From positions 68,192 to 132,191 of IMG/VR virus record IMGVR_UViG_3300050821_006345: 64,000 nt of DNA. One strand, 5' to 3'. Below are positions 29,561-40,261 of this stretch, piece by piece (positions within the stretch are counted from its first letter, which is position 1; every line of letters starts with the position of its first letter). The notes under the pieces are model-generated. The model was not told the DNA's origin, ran no database searches, and was given only the letters and a program-made list of their open reading frames with translations. The position numbers and the translations under genes were made by a program. Origin of the DNA: a virus.

Positions 29561-30111
29561 CGAAGCATTTTAGCGTTTTTCTCGGCATAAAATGCTTTCC
29601 AGTGACGCTCGTCCATGAATGGCGAATAATGCGGAACGCCATCGTCCAATATCAGCCTCCATTCTCTCCAAGGAGCCCAAGTTTCTTCTGGCGGCAGATC
29701 CGGCTCGCTTGGCAATCCTGCGGAAGATAGAATTAGTGATCGATGATTTAAAACAGCACTCTGATACTTACTCGAATAAACACCATCGTCCACCATAGAC
29801 TGCAATCGGTTTCTGTGAATTGCGTTATGGCAAAAATTACAAAGAGCAACCACTTGAGACATTGTAGCCACTCCTTCCTCCCAATAAAAATTATAGCATT
29901 CATGCGCTTCGAGCCACTGGCGGAATTTTGCATCCTGCTTCCTAACACCACAGGCCATGCACCGATATTCGGCCACCGAATACGTTTTCTCCCTCTCTTT
30001 GTCCCACCAAGTTTTGCCGTAAATCGTTCTTGGATTTACGCCGTGCAGTGGTTTAGGAAGCGTGGGGTGCAGTAAAAGAGACGGGTTTGGCACCACGAAA
30101 AACCTCCGCAA
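29557..30111 (-). CDS. HNH-like nuclease
   Basis: CMACG...LEAHE...VALCNFCHNAIH motif. Confidence 0.7.
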   Translation of the reverse strand: MRRFFVVPNPSLLLHPTLPKPLHGVNPRTIYGKTWWDKEREKTYSVAEYRCMACGVRKQDAKFRQWLEAHECYNFYWEEGVATMSQVVALCNFCHNAIHRNRLQSMVDDGVYSSKYQSAVLNHRSLILSSAGLPSEPDLPPEETWAPWREWRLILDDGVPHYSPFMDERHWKAFYAEKNAKMLR

Positions 30112-31222
30112 GTATTATGTCAATGTTGTTTAATTCGGTATATGGGAAATCATCAAATCGCACTCCGGGAGGGCCAGTCTTAAATAGCTTTTGAACCATG
30201 ATTTACTTTAATTCTTTTACTATTAAAGTCAACAGCTTCATTGGCTTACATTCCCATCGCTGTTCTTGCCTTCGCTAAACGAGCTTGGGCCATGCCTAGC
30301 TTTATTCGTATCGGCTTAACCTTTTCCATCGAAGAACCAGACAGCGCAGACAGTTGCTTCTTGAGGCTGGTCACCGTCTTCTTCTGAAACTCGAACTCGT
30401 CCTCCGGCGACCTTGCAAGGCGATACTTTGACCGGAAGGCGACGGCATCGGTCTTGGCGGGCATGATGATTGTCCCGTTGGCAATCCCCTTGGCGATAAT
30501 ATAGCGGCATTCATTTATGAATTCGGCATCCATTAGATTGGTGGTTCGGTGGCTTCAACTGGCTGGAAGATACCCGCCAGGTTTTCATGGACTTGGGGGG
30601 TGGTTTTGCTCTCCTGCTCGGCCAGTTTAACCTCAACGCAAGACGTGACCGAACCGTAGACGGCAAATGCAACGAGCCGAAAGGCGTCGACCAAGTTCGG
30701 CGCAGCCCCAACACTTTCCAGTCCGATCGGAGAGACTGTGAACACGAACCAATCGCGCTTGTCTTGGTTCTGGCGGATTACAAAAGCATCCCCCCCGGTT
30801 GGACATGGATTGCTTCCGGTGTGCCGGATTGAATAGCTTCCGTCGGGAAGCTCGTCAATCGTGGCGATGTAGTTAACGAGCGCAAGCGACTCGATGGCAA
30901 ACTGTTTTATGGTTGCTGGTTGCATGAGATTAAAGTGATTCTAATTCGGCGTGGATTTTCTTGATTCTTTCGGCCAAAATTGCAGAGCAGTCTGCCTTGA
31001 ATTTTAACAGAACTTCTTTAGGAATAAACTGAAGACTTGGAGAGCCGCCTGTGGATCGAATGCTGGCGCGAAAATCTGACGCCGCATCATCAGGCGATAG
31101 TTTATCAAATTGCTCAAGATCGTATGTTGCGTCTTCGGATTGTTGGATTAGTTCGTTGGCTCGTTTCAGTGCGTCTTTGGTCATAATGTTAGAATTTACG
31201 TTTGATGGTTCATCGGGTGAAA

Positions 31223-31687
31223 TTATTCTGGCGTGATTTGTTTTGGGTCTCGCTTGGACTTCTCCCATTCAGGGACGGTCTGCGAAAGGTTTTTCTTGTT
31301 GGCGTTATACCATTCCGATCCATCAACCTCTGTTATTTCTATCTCCGTCCTCTCCTCTTCTTTGGTCTTAACTTTGACCTGCTTGACCGTTCTATTGATT
31401 TCTGTTTCTGAATCGCCCTCCACGCATCCAGCATAGACAAGCGCATCTTCCAGAAACTTAATCCCGGCTTCAATGTTGGTTCTATCAAGCATGCGTCTGC
31501 GGAAGCTTGTAAAGCGGACGCGAGTGCGTCTTGGGCGATCTTCTTTTCCTTCGTCCGTCCCCAATGATTTAGGCTGAAGAGGTAGTTGAGGCTTGGGATT
31601 TTGTATTTTACGACTATCTTCATTTGCTATTTGCTCCTCTATTCGTTGTCGAAGCTCTGGTGTTAATTTGCCAAGGTTGAGTGCCAT
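31223..31687 (-). CDS. RusA-like Holliday junction resolvase (catalytic part)
   Basis: RRRMLDRTN...KFLEDALVYAGCVEGDS motif. Confidence 0.7.
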   Translation of the reverse strand: MALNLGKLTPELRQRIEEQIANEDSRKIQNPKPQLPLQPKSLGTDEGKEDRPRRTRVRFTSFRRRMLDRTNIEAGIKFLEDALVYAGCVEGDSETEINRTVKQVKVKTKEEERTEIEITEVDGSEWYNANKKNLSQTVPEWEKSKRDPKQITPE

Positions 31688-31880
31688 AGGTTACAGGTCG
31701 TCAATCTCGTCGCGGACTTCTTCTCCATCGTCCATGAGCCGCTTCAGTCTCAGGACAGTATATGGCCCATCTTGGTCGGTGCAGGCTCCGCCGAGTGTTG
31801 CGACGTCTTTTACCACTTCGATTGGCGATGTGACGACATCGAACCCAGTTTTAAGTATTTTGCCTAATAGCCCCATAACG

Positions 31881-32264
31881 TTATTGTTTTAAGCCTTGAA
31901 AGATTCGACTGCGCTTTCTGGCCGATTTTCTGGCCAGCGATTCCTCAACCACCTTCTGGCGGGCGTAATAGATCAGACAGGCCGCGATGTGCTTGCATTC
32001 AGACAAGATGCCAAGCTCCGCCTGCTTGTGCTTCCGATATTCAAAGTCCGAACACGTGCAACTTCCATTCCTGACATCGTTGCCGAACTCGTCGGCCACC
32101 GGCAGCGTCTCAAGGTCGACGCGATATGCATGGTCAAGCCACGTCTCACCATCGGCAGGGATGGCGTCCTCCTTCTCGACGTGGTAGGAGAGCGACTCGT
32201 GGTCAATCGGCTCCACTCGAAGCGGAACCAATCGCTGGGCTTTGTCTGGATGGTCTTCAGGCAT
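31881..32264 (-). CDS. SWIM zinc-finger protein
   Basis: CTCSDFEYR...CKHIAA motif. Confidence 0.75.
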   Translation of the reverse strand: MPEDHPDKAQRLVPLRVEPIDHESLSYHVEKEDAIPADGETWLDHAYRVDLETLPVADEFGNDVRNGSCTCSDFEYRKHKQAELGILSECKHIAACLIYYARQKVVEESLARKSARKRSRIFQGLKQ

Positions 32265-32343
32265 TGGCTGTAAATATAGAATAGCCTTTGTTTTGGCACA
32301 ATAAATACTTGATGTTTTCTTTATAGGTGCGACAATTATCTGG

Positions 32344-33093
32344 ATGAAAGATACTAGAATCTGCCGATTTTGCGGCACCGAATTTGCTGCGAAACATTAC
32401 AACGAGCATCTTTGCTCGGATGAGTGCAGGCGCAAGATTAATCACAAGCACTCGCATCACTGGGAAGGCCGATGTGAGCGCTGCGGCACAGGATTCAAAA
32501 CGCACAGAAAGTCTCAGAGATTTTGCTCGAAGGAGTGCTTTTACGCCACGAGGAACGAGGTTGTTTACAAAAACAAATGCGTGACGTGCGGATGTGATTT
32601 TGTAGTGGATTCCGATCATAGAAGAAAACAGACCTGTAGCCGCGATTGCCAGTTGAAGTTTATGTCCAATATTTCAAAATCCAATGCCGGATGCTTATCT
32701 GGCCTCGTCGCCGGAAGGCAGACACAATCAAAACGGCGAACCACAGTGCCAGAAAAGATTGGCTTTTCAATTCTGGACGCCATCGGCGTTAAATATGTGC
32801 CGCAGAAAATCATGTTTGATAAGTTTTGCGTTGATGCGTTCCTGCCAGAACAAAACGCCGTGGTTCAGTTTGATGGTGATTATTGGCACGGGCATCCAGA
32901 ACGATTTCCAGAGCCAGACAAACGCCAGAGGAATCAGATTTCAAAAGATAAATCACAGGACGCATATTTTAAGAAGTGCGACGTTCGTGTTGTAAGGCTT
33001 TGGGAATGCGACCTTAAGAAACGGCCAGATTGGTGCAGTAATCATATTAGTTCCTCGCTTCAGTTGGCACATCTCCAATGTCCGCAATGTTGA
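32344..33093 (+). CDS. Vsr/DUF559-like endonuclease with N-terminal CxxC repeats
   Basis: Three CxxCG..F..CS..C repeats; VDAFL...FDGDYWH...KD...VRLWE motif. Confidence 0.8.
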   Translation: MKDTRICRFCGTEFAAKHYNEHLCSDECRRKINHKHSHHWEGRCERCGTGFKTHRKSQRFCSKECFYATRNEVVYKNKCVTCGCDFVVDSDHRRKQTCSRDCQLKFMSNISKSNAGCLSGLVAGRQTQSKRRTTVPEKIGFSILDAIGVKYVPQKIMFDKFCVDAFLPEQNAVVQFDGDYWHGHPERFPEPDKRQRNQISKDKSQDAYFKKCDVRVVRLWECDLKKRPDWCSNHISSSLQLAHLQCPQC

Positions 33094-34336
33094 ATGGTTG
33101 GCCGTTTCTGGTGATTTGATATTCAATGGAGTTCTCTCCTGCGAATCGGTGAATGCGCGAAATAATCCGGTCGACGAACTTCGGGTCAAGTTCAATGCCG
33201 AAGAAATTTCTCTTGGTCTTGATACAGGCGATTGCTCCGCTGCCAGACCCGGCAAAGAAGTCGATGACGTTATCTCCTTCGTGGCTAGAGTTCTTTGTTG
33301 CTCGCTCGTAAATGGCGACGGGTTTGGCAGTCGGATGTTGAATTTGTGTTGTCGGCCTGTCAATATCCCACACATTGTTTTGTGTTCTGTCCTCAAGGGG
33401 ACAAAGCCGAGGTGCGCCCTCCTTCCACCCGTAGAAACATGGTTCCATCTTATTGTGAAAATCGCCCCTGGACATCACGGCGTGCGATTTATTCCAGATG
33501 ATGGTATTGCTCCACCAGAAGCCGCACTCCGGAAGAACCTGCATCATTATTCCCCACTCCTTCGTGGACATGAATGAATAAATATGCGCGCCGGGAAGCA
33601 TTGCGGCGGCGAAAGATGTAAACGCATCGCGCATGAATTGCCTAAAATCCTCCTGTGACATGGAATCATTCATTATCTGGCCAGATTCACCAGACTCCTC
33701 GACCGCGTTAGAAGACTGCGTGTAGCCAACATTATAGGGCGGATCTGAAACGGCCAAATGCGCCAATTCTCCGCTCATCACCTTGTTCACCACGTCAAGG
33801 CTAGTCGTGTCTCCACAGATAAGCCTAACTGTGGAATGGTCGGTTTTTATCTCATACAAATCTCCCACCACCGTCAGCGGCGTTCCCACCCCGCCTTCCG
33901 GCACGTCGTCGTCTCCTGCTGTCTGTGCGCCGCCGCCTTCGTCAATTCCAAATTCTTCAATGTCCACTCCCCATTCCATGAGTTTTTCAGAATCCCATGC
34001 GTTGTTCAAAATGTCTGCGTCAAAAATTCCATTTTGCACATTGTCTCTAATGCAAATTTCGTTTCGACGTTCTTCGGAAATATCCATGACCGCAACAGGC
34101 ACCTCTTCCATGCCGATGTGTTGGGCTGCTTTTAGGCGCATATTGCCGGCGAACACGACGTTGTCTGGAGTTATCAGCAATGGCCTCACAGTGAGATAAT
34201 CTCTGTTGGCCCGCAGCGAGTCACACAGGATTTTGAAGCTTGGCTCGTCAATTGTCCTCGGATTATTTTCGAGAGGAATCAGCGTATTGGTGCGGACGTA
34301 TTTTACTTCAAGTATTGGTTGGCGTTCAGTGGGCAT
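33047..34336 (-). CDS. ParB-fused amino (N6/N4) DNA methyltransferase
   Basis: NNPRTI/FAGNMRL ParB domain; DPPY, HPTAKP and DFFAGSGS motifs. Confidence 0.9.
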   Translation of the reverse strand: MPTERQPILEVKYVRTNTLIPLENNPRTIDEPSFKILCDSLRANRDYLTVRPLLITPDNVVFAGNMRLKAAQHIGMEEVPVAVMDISEERRNEICIRDNVQNGIFDADILNNAWDSEKLMEWGVDIEEFGIDEGGGAQTAGDDDVPEGGVGTPLTVVGDLYEIKTDHSTVRLICGDTTSLDVVNKVMSGELAHLAVSDPPYNVGYTQSSNAVEESGESGQIMNDSMSQEDFRQFMRDAFTSFAAAMLPGAHIYSFMSTKEWGIMMQVLPECGFWWSNTIIWNKSHAVMSRGDFHNKMEPCFYGWKEGAPRLCPLEDRTQNNVWDIDRPTTQIQHPTAKPVAIYERATKNSSHEGDNVIDFFAGSGSGAIACIKTKRNFFGIELDPKFVDRIISRIHRFAGENSIEYQITRNGQPFNIADIGDVPTEARN

Positions 34337-34600
34337 GATTAGTTTCCGTTAAATGATTTTCTTGCGGCGTCCATCTTGGCCAGTGGATCAGCCAGCTCTT
34401 GCCGGATAGTTTTCAGAAACGTCCGCAGTCCGGCTTCGTGCTTCCGCATATAAGCCTCGCCAAGAGTTTCATAGAACGCTTTAATAAATGATTCATCGCC
34501 ATATCCAGCCATCGCATCAAGCGCACGGGCTTCCTGCTCGTTCACGGTAAATTGAATGGCGATGTCCAGCGTTGGTTTTGCGGTTATTTTTGCCATAGAT

Positions 34601-35170
34601 TTATCTTTCGTTCAATTCCACTTCCACGTCCCGTCCGTTGCTCTTGGCCACGACGCGGAGAATTCTCGTCAATGACTGCTCCACGGTGTCGAAGGAGAGT
34701 GGCTCGCATCGTCTTTGGTTTGACGAGTGGGTTGTGCCGTCAAAGCCGTCGATCCAGAGACGGACAACCATCGTCTCCTGATTCACTTCCTTCACATCCA
34801 CTTCGCAGGCCGGAAAAGAAACGTCGAGGATCGGATTAAGAACCTTCATCAGGTCAGCCGGCTTCCATTCCTTGTTTAATTTGAACAGCTGACGGGGCGC
34901 GCGTTTTGATGTATCTGGCGTGGAAACGTGGACAACGCCGTCTTTTGCCTCGCCTCTCCACACGGCCATAGCATAGAGAACTTCCAGTGCGTTGACGTTC
35001 TTTCCGCCGGAACCGACGAGCTTCGGGTAGTCAACTTCAGAACACTCAACGCAGAACAGCAGCTTGTCACGCATCTCCTCCTCGGTGATTTTCAGCTTCT
35101 TGTGGTCGCTGGAGATGGACTGGACTAGGTTTTTGAAGGCCGCGAATCTTGGTGAATCTTTATCTGCCAT
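34601..35170 (-). CDS. KH-domain RNA-binding protein (KhpA-like)
   Basis: DYPKLVGSGGKNVNAL GxxG loop. Confidence 0.65.
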   Translation of the reverse strand: MADKDSPRFAAFKNLVQSISSDHKKLKITEEEMRDKLLFCVECSEVDYPKLVGSGGKNVNALEVLYAMAVWRGEAKDGVVHVSTPDTSKRAPRQLFKLNKEWKPADLMKVLNPILDVSFPACEVDVKEVNQETMVVRLWIDGFDGTTHSSNQRRCEPLSFDTVEQSLTRILRVVAKSNGRDVEVELNER

Positions 35171-35212
35171 ACGTTTGTTGGCAGTAATAGTAAGCCGAGG
35201 ATGTGTGGTCTG

Positions 35213-36808
35213 TCAAACCGTTTCTGTTTCAGCGATGATTTGCTCCACCAATTCTATGCGCTTTCCGATCCAGTTCATAACCGGAACCGCCATGCTGTTG
35301 CCCAGTGCTTTATATCTTGCACCGTCCGATGACATCTTTTTGCCGATTTGAAACAACGTAAAATCATCTAAAATCCCTGAAGTCTTTCGCACTCTCGGGG
35401 AGTCAATCTTCTGACTGCGTATCCTTTCACAACTCCGTGACGGTCTGCTGCCGTTAAATTTGGCGCAACCTCATTCATTGGCTCGGTTGCATTTCCTCCG
35501 TTCTCTGGCTTCCGGCCAATCCACGTTCCGGGTATGCCAAGCGCAGGAGTGATGATTGCCTTGCCTTCATCCACCCACTGATTGCCTCCCCACTTGCATC
35601 CATCGTTAGCGTTCAGTGTGGACATTAACTCCGGAATATATGCTCCGTGCCCATCGAGTTCAGTGGTGCTTCCACCGCCTTTTCTTTCACGCAAAGTTCC
35701 TGCCACTTCTTGAATCGCCACATAGGTCTGCTGCTTCATTCCGGGTTGTGCGGCCAAGGCTCCAGATACTTTTCCTCCTATTTCACGAACCTCGTCTCTT
35801 GAATTTTGTGCGAAGGCAATGACATCGCAATTAAACGAGCCTTCATACTTGCTCATATCCCGTGTGCCAAGACAGGCCGCAACTTCGGTTGGTCTGGCCT
35901 TGATTGATTTTCCAGAGTTCTGGTCTTGAATGTTGAATGCAACCGCCACAGCCACCCCATCTACTTGGCCGGACCGGATTGTAAATGCCGGATCGCCATC
36001 ATCGCCAATTCCGCATCCTTTTTTGTCCAAATCCAATCCAGAAATAGAGGTATCTGGCTGCTGTATTGGAATGGCGATTACTGGGTCTTGGCCTCTTGTT
36101 TCTCCGGTTCTTTCAAATCCCCTGCCACTTGCTCCAATGCACGGCGCAACGTCAAAGGCAGTGTCTTGCCCCGACGCTCTGCTCGGCGGAGAATTCCAGC
36201 ACAGGCTTTCGCGCTCAAGTAAAACCGCTGCGGCACGATGCCAGAGTCCTCCAATATGTCCGACAACAAACACACGGCGGCGTCTTTGGGCCACTCCGAA
36301 GTATTGAGCGTCCAGAACGCGCCACGCGACGCCATAAGCCGATGGATGTCCGGAGAGGACGCCGCTGTTTGACCATCCTTCGGCGGGAGGCTCGACCGCT
36401 TGGCCAGTGATGAGTCCCAGAAAGCTTGCAAAGTCTTTTCCTCCGTTGCTCGAAAAGACGCCGGGCACGTTCTCCCAGACCATCCACTTGGGCCGATACT
36501 TGGCAGCAATTGCGCCAAAGGTAAGCATGAGGTTGCCACGTGGGTCCGTCCAGTCCTTTTCGCAGTCCTGCGACGCTGAAGGATTGGCACGGGGTTCCTC
36601 CAACGAGAACATCAATGTCTGTTTCATAATTCCAATCGTTAAATTTTGTCATGTCGCCCAGATTTGGCACCTCTGGATAATGGTGTTTTAGAACGGCACA
36701 CGGAAACGGCTCGATTTCACTTACAAATTGACATTCCCAGCCAAGCGGAAGCCAAGCGGCAGAAGCGGCCTCGATACCAGAACAGACAGATGCAAATTTG
36801 AGTTTCAT
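35213..36808 (-). pseudogene. C5 cytosine DNA methyltransferase with two frameshifts
   Basis: SVCSGIEA and GTPCQSFS (frame 1); ENVPG, QRRRRVF and RRLTPRECERLQGF (frame 2); YKALGNSMAVPV (frame 3). Shifts at ~36550 and ~35369. Confidence 0.85.
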
Positions 36809-36811
36809 ATT

Positions 36812-38263
36812 TTATCTTTGCGGCACGTCGCCCTCAAAGTTGCTACACGACTCGAAGCGGGTGCAGTTTTTGGCGAACACCAGCTTAATCCGTCCGGTCG
36901 GCCCCTGCTTGTTCTTTCCCACGTCCAGACATACGCGGTAAATCGGCGCAAACTCGTCGGCCATATCTTCAGGGTCGCGGTAAAGCAGCCATGCTTGGTT
37001 CATGTCGTATTCAATGTCTCCGGAGCCTCTGAAGTCGCTCATCTTCGGATGCCAGTTTGCACTTGCATCTCTTGGCTTCGTGATGGCTGAAATACACACT
37101 ACTGGAACATTGGCCTCTTTTGCAAGACGTTTCACGGCGTGGGAAGCTGCTGTTGTGCGCTCGTAAATCTCACCCTTGGCTTGAAATAACTGGAGGTAGT
37201 CGAGGAAAATAATCTTTGCACCTCTCTGAATCATCCTTCTGGCCTTGGCGTGCATAGTGAACTCGTTTAATCCTCCGGATTCGTCAATCATCAGGCAATC
37301 TTTGGCAGCGTTGATTTTAAGCATCGCCACACCCAGTTTCTGCATATCTCCCTCGGTCGGTCTGCCGCGTCTTATCTCTGCGCCGTTAACGCGGGCATCA
37401 ATGCAAGCAAGACGATGAATCACAGTATCTGCCGGATCGTCCAACGAGAAGTATCCAATCGGCACTCTCTGGTTGACGGCGAGATGCGACATCATGCAAA
37501 GCGCCAACGAAGTTTTTCCCGAACTGGGACTTCCCCCGACCATAATCATCTCTTGTCCGAGCATTCCTCCAATCAGGTTGTCCAAGTCTTGAAAGCCTGT
37601 CTGGAGGCCGAAATGCTGGTTGCCATTGAACGCCGCCTCATACTGGCCGATGACCCTCTGCTGCACCGCGCGTATGTCCACAAGGTCGGCCTCGCGGCTC
37701 ACTGATTCACGGATGCCAAGAATTTCCTTTTCCACCGAATCCACCAGCTCATCCACGTCGCCCTCGTAATCATAAATGCGCCCGACCACCCCGCTGCAAG
37801 TCTGGATCAATTTACGCAGCAGATATTTTTCCCGGATTTTTTCGAGATAATACGATAGATTTGCCGCGCTCGGCACCGCATCCTGCAACTGACTCAAGTA
37901 GGCAATCCCACCGACCTGTTCCAATAACTGCCGGTCCTTCAAATTCTGCTGCACCGTGATGAGGTCAACCGGCATCCGCGCATTGAACATCTCCGCCAGC
38001 GTCTCGTAAATCGTCTGGTGACGCAGATCGTAGAAAGCCGACTTGCCGTCGTCCTTTAATTTTTCGATGCACTCGCCGATGCACTGGTTTGGATCCAGCA
38101 ACGCGCAGCCGAGCACGCCCATCTCCATCTGGAGGTCGTGCGGTGGCAGCCGGCCTGTAGATGATCGACCATGAGATTGTCTCTGACGCCGCGAACGGCG
38201 AGTCGCCTCGGCATCCGCCATCTGGTCTTCTGCCGCAGCTGATACTGAATCTATTTCAGGCAT
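36812..38263 (-). CDS. dnaB: Replicative DNA helicase
   Basis: RLPPH..EMGVLG, FYDLRHQTIY, GGIAYL, VPSAAN, Walker A GSPSSGKT, LDYLQL, FRGSGDIEYD and KNKQGPTG motifs. Confidence 0.92.
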   Translation of the reverse strand: MPEIDSVSAAAEDQMADAEATRRSRRQRQSHGRSSTGRLPPHDLQMEMGVLGCALLDPNQCIGECIEKLKDDGKSAFYDLRHQTIYETLAEMFNARMPVDLITVQQNLKDRQLLEQVGGIAYLSQLQDAVPSAANLSYYLEKIREKYLLRKLIQTCSGVVGRIYDYEGDVDELVDSVEKEILGIRESVSREADLVDIRAVQQRVIGQYEAAFNGNQHFGLQTGFQDLDNLIGGMLGQEMIMVGGSPSSGKTSLALCMMSHLAVNQRVPIGYFSLDDPADTVIHRLACIDARVNGAEIRRGRPTEGDMQKLGVAMLKINAAKDCLMIDESGGLNEFTMHAKARRMIQRGAKIIFLDYLQLFQAKGEIYERTTAASHAVKRLAKEANVPVVCISAITKPRDASANWHPKMSDFRGSGDIEYDMNQAWLLYRDPEDMADEFAPIYRVCLDVGKNKQGPTGRIKLVFAKNCTRFESCSNFEGDVPQR

Positions 38264-39009
38264 TAGGATTGTGTCCTTCGCCATTCAAAATAGGCCGACT
38301 GGTAGGTTTCAAATTCACCACCAGAAGAGAAATCACTAACTTTGGGCGGTTTGGCAAGCGTGAACTCCCGGCCAGCGGCTCTAAAAACGGCTTCTCCAGC
38401 GGCATTGGTGGGTCTGGCGGTTAAAACGCGACCAATGGCGACGTCGTGCGATTGCGACCATGCCCTAGCCCGTTCCACCTCGCCGTTCCAGTTGTTCAGC
38501 ATCGTCAGCAGGTCTTTGCGGGCATAAGTCTGGCTTTGCGGTGCGGCGTAGAACTTCTCCATTGAGAGCCAGTCAGCGTCGTTGGTTGCTCTTATGGCTG
38601 GAAGAATGGCAGAGTAAGCCTTCTGCTCCTTGGGCGTCATTGGCGTCTCGGCACGTCTCCGGAACAGCTTTTCCACACGAAGCTGAAGTGTGTCTTTCTC
38701 TCCCACTGGTCGTCTGGTGATTGGCCGACGCAGATTCACTTCACGCAGTCTCGCGATCCAGTTGTTTCCGGCCAGTTTTTCCAGCACGATATACCCGCAG
38801 TCTTTCAGGCGTCGAAATGACGCATCCACCTCCGTTGGCGTTGAAATTGAATTTTCGGCCAGAACTTCCTTTGATACCGGAGTCCCGTTCACCGTCTGGG
38901 AGAGCATCAGGTAAAGCCCGCGATCCGCCCAAGAAAGCCGCGCATCCCGCATCACCTCATCGCCCACCGCCAGTCTGATTGGCTTGGGATTTTCGATGAC
39001 AATGCTCAT
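38263..39009 (-). CDS. Putative replication initiator (HTH)
   Basis: DARLSWADRGLYLML...L...GYI HTH; TAATG-coupled to dnaB. Confidence 0.65.
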   Translation of the reverse strand: MSIVIENPKPIRLAVGDEVMRDARLSWADRGLYLMLSQTVNGTPVSKEVLAENSISTPTEVDASFRRLKDCGYIVLEKLAGNNWIARLREVNLRRPITRRPVGEKDTLQLRVEKLFRRRAETPMTPKEQKAYSAILPAIRATNDADWLSMEKFYAAPQSQTYARKDLLTMLNNWNGEVERARAWSQSHDVAIGRVLTARPTNAAGEAVFRAAGREFTLAKPPKVSDFSSGGEFETYQSAYFEWRRTQS

Positions 39010-39057
39010 GAGGTGGAGACTTTACAAAACAAAAACGATAGCTTCAAGTTAATAAAG

Positions 39058-39089
39058 AAAGAAAAGCCGGAGGCGATTAACCTCCGGCC
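39058..39089 (-). terminator. Rho-independent terminator
   Basis: GCCGGAGG-loop-CCTCCGGC followed by TTTTCTTT on the minus strand. Confidence 0.75.
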
Positions 39090-39493
39090 TGAAACCAACC
39101 GAAATCAATCAGTCGTGGTCGGTGTAGGAATCAACCGTCACGCCGTCCTTCTTGGCAGTCACATGGCAATGGTCGCCAAACATGGCCAGCAGGCAGTCCT
39201 CGCCGATTTCACCAAGCAGCTCCGACACCTTGTCGTATGCGGCGCGCGGCAGCTTGCCATCTTCCTCATCATCGCCACGAATGCCGTTAATTCTTATGCA
39301 GTCAGCATCGGTGTAGGCTGTGAAATAAAGCTCGTCGCCGTCATTGAAGTAGATTGTATATTGGTCGTATCCGAAGCTTTCCATTGCTGGATACTTGTCG
39401 AACAGTTCAGCGGCAGCGTCTTTGAACACGGCCTTCGCCTCCTTGGTCATCTCCTCCTTGAGATCGGCCATCTTCTTTTTGAGTTCTTGAATT

Positions 39494-39997
39494 TTAGTCA
39501 TAGGTCACTTGTCTTGTTTTGGTTATGGTTGGTTTGTCCAGCTTCTTGAATGAAGGCGGCGGTTCGCCATTGCCGTTGTTCATCCAGTCCTTCATTTCAA
39601 TCTCGGCCAGATAGTCTTGCGCCGTGGGAATGTATCGGCCACGGAAATCCTCGGAAATATGGTTTTCCGCCAAATCGCGGGTTGACACCATTTTCCCATC
39701 GCTGTTTTTGATGCACGTTCCGTGAGTTCGGCTGTTGTTCAAAAATTGAATCATTTCATCTTCAAACTCCTTCGGAAGATTGTATTTCTTGCGGAGCTTT
39801 TCAATCGTGTCAAAGTCCACGCTGAACAACTTTTCCATGACGAATGTGCCAAAAGAGTGGTGGAAAATTGCGCGATGTCTGTTATCTCCGAGCGATGCTT
39901 TTGACGAGTCCATCATCGTGTGCAACGGCTCATAATCGGAAACAACTCCGCCGTAACGCTTGACGCTGGATTGAGCGTGGATGTGTGGCTTGCTCAT
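39494..39997 (-). CDS. DUF6915-like protein
   Basis: PHIHAQSSVKRYGG...MDSSK...RHRAIFHHSFG...HISED motif. Confidence 0.7.
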   Translation of the reverse strand: MSKPHIHAQSSVKRYGGVVSDYEPLHTMMDSSKASLGDNRHRAIFHHSFGTFVMEKLFSVDFDTIEKLRKKYNLPKEFEDEMIQFLNNSRTHGTCIKNSDGKMVSTRDLAENHISEDFRGRYIPTAQDYLAEIEMKDWMNNGNGEPPPSFKKLDKPTITKTRQVTYD

Positions 39998-39998
39998 A

Positions 39999-40211
39999 TT
40001 AGCCAAAAGCCGATTTAATTGGAATTGAGGATGTGTTTCCGCCGTTTTCAAACTCGGCGAAGTTCAAATTCAAATACAGGTGGTCATCGTGCGGGTGAAC
40101 TGTCACGGATACTGGATTGGCCAAATAATCACTGCCTTTCGGCCTGAATTTAATCTTAACCGAATTTAGGTCGGATTCAACACCGACGATTTGAGTGTAT
40201 TGCACTTTCAT
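39999..40211 (-). CDS. Small hypothetical protein, paralogue of 54931..55140
   Basis: Shared YTQIVGVESD..SVKIKFRP.GSD...NP.SVTV.PH...L.L.L.FAEF..GGNT.S sequence. Confidence 0.6.
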   Translation of the reverse strand: MKVQYTQIVGVESDLNSVKIKFRPKGSDYLANPVSVTVHPHDDHLYLNLNFAEFENGGNTSSIPIKSAFG

Positions 40212-40261
40212 ATCTTTATCATGCAAACAGTCTGCGAAACCATGACCTGTTAGTCAACCGA

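Noticed and set aside
35366-35372. Amber (TAG) read-through or recoding in the C5 methyltransferase
   Set aside because: The downstream motif X is in a different frame, so this is an indel; no CTA-anticodon tRNA was seen in the window.
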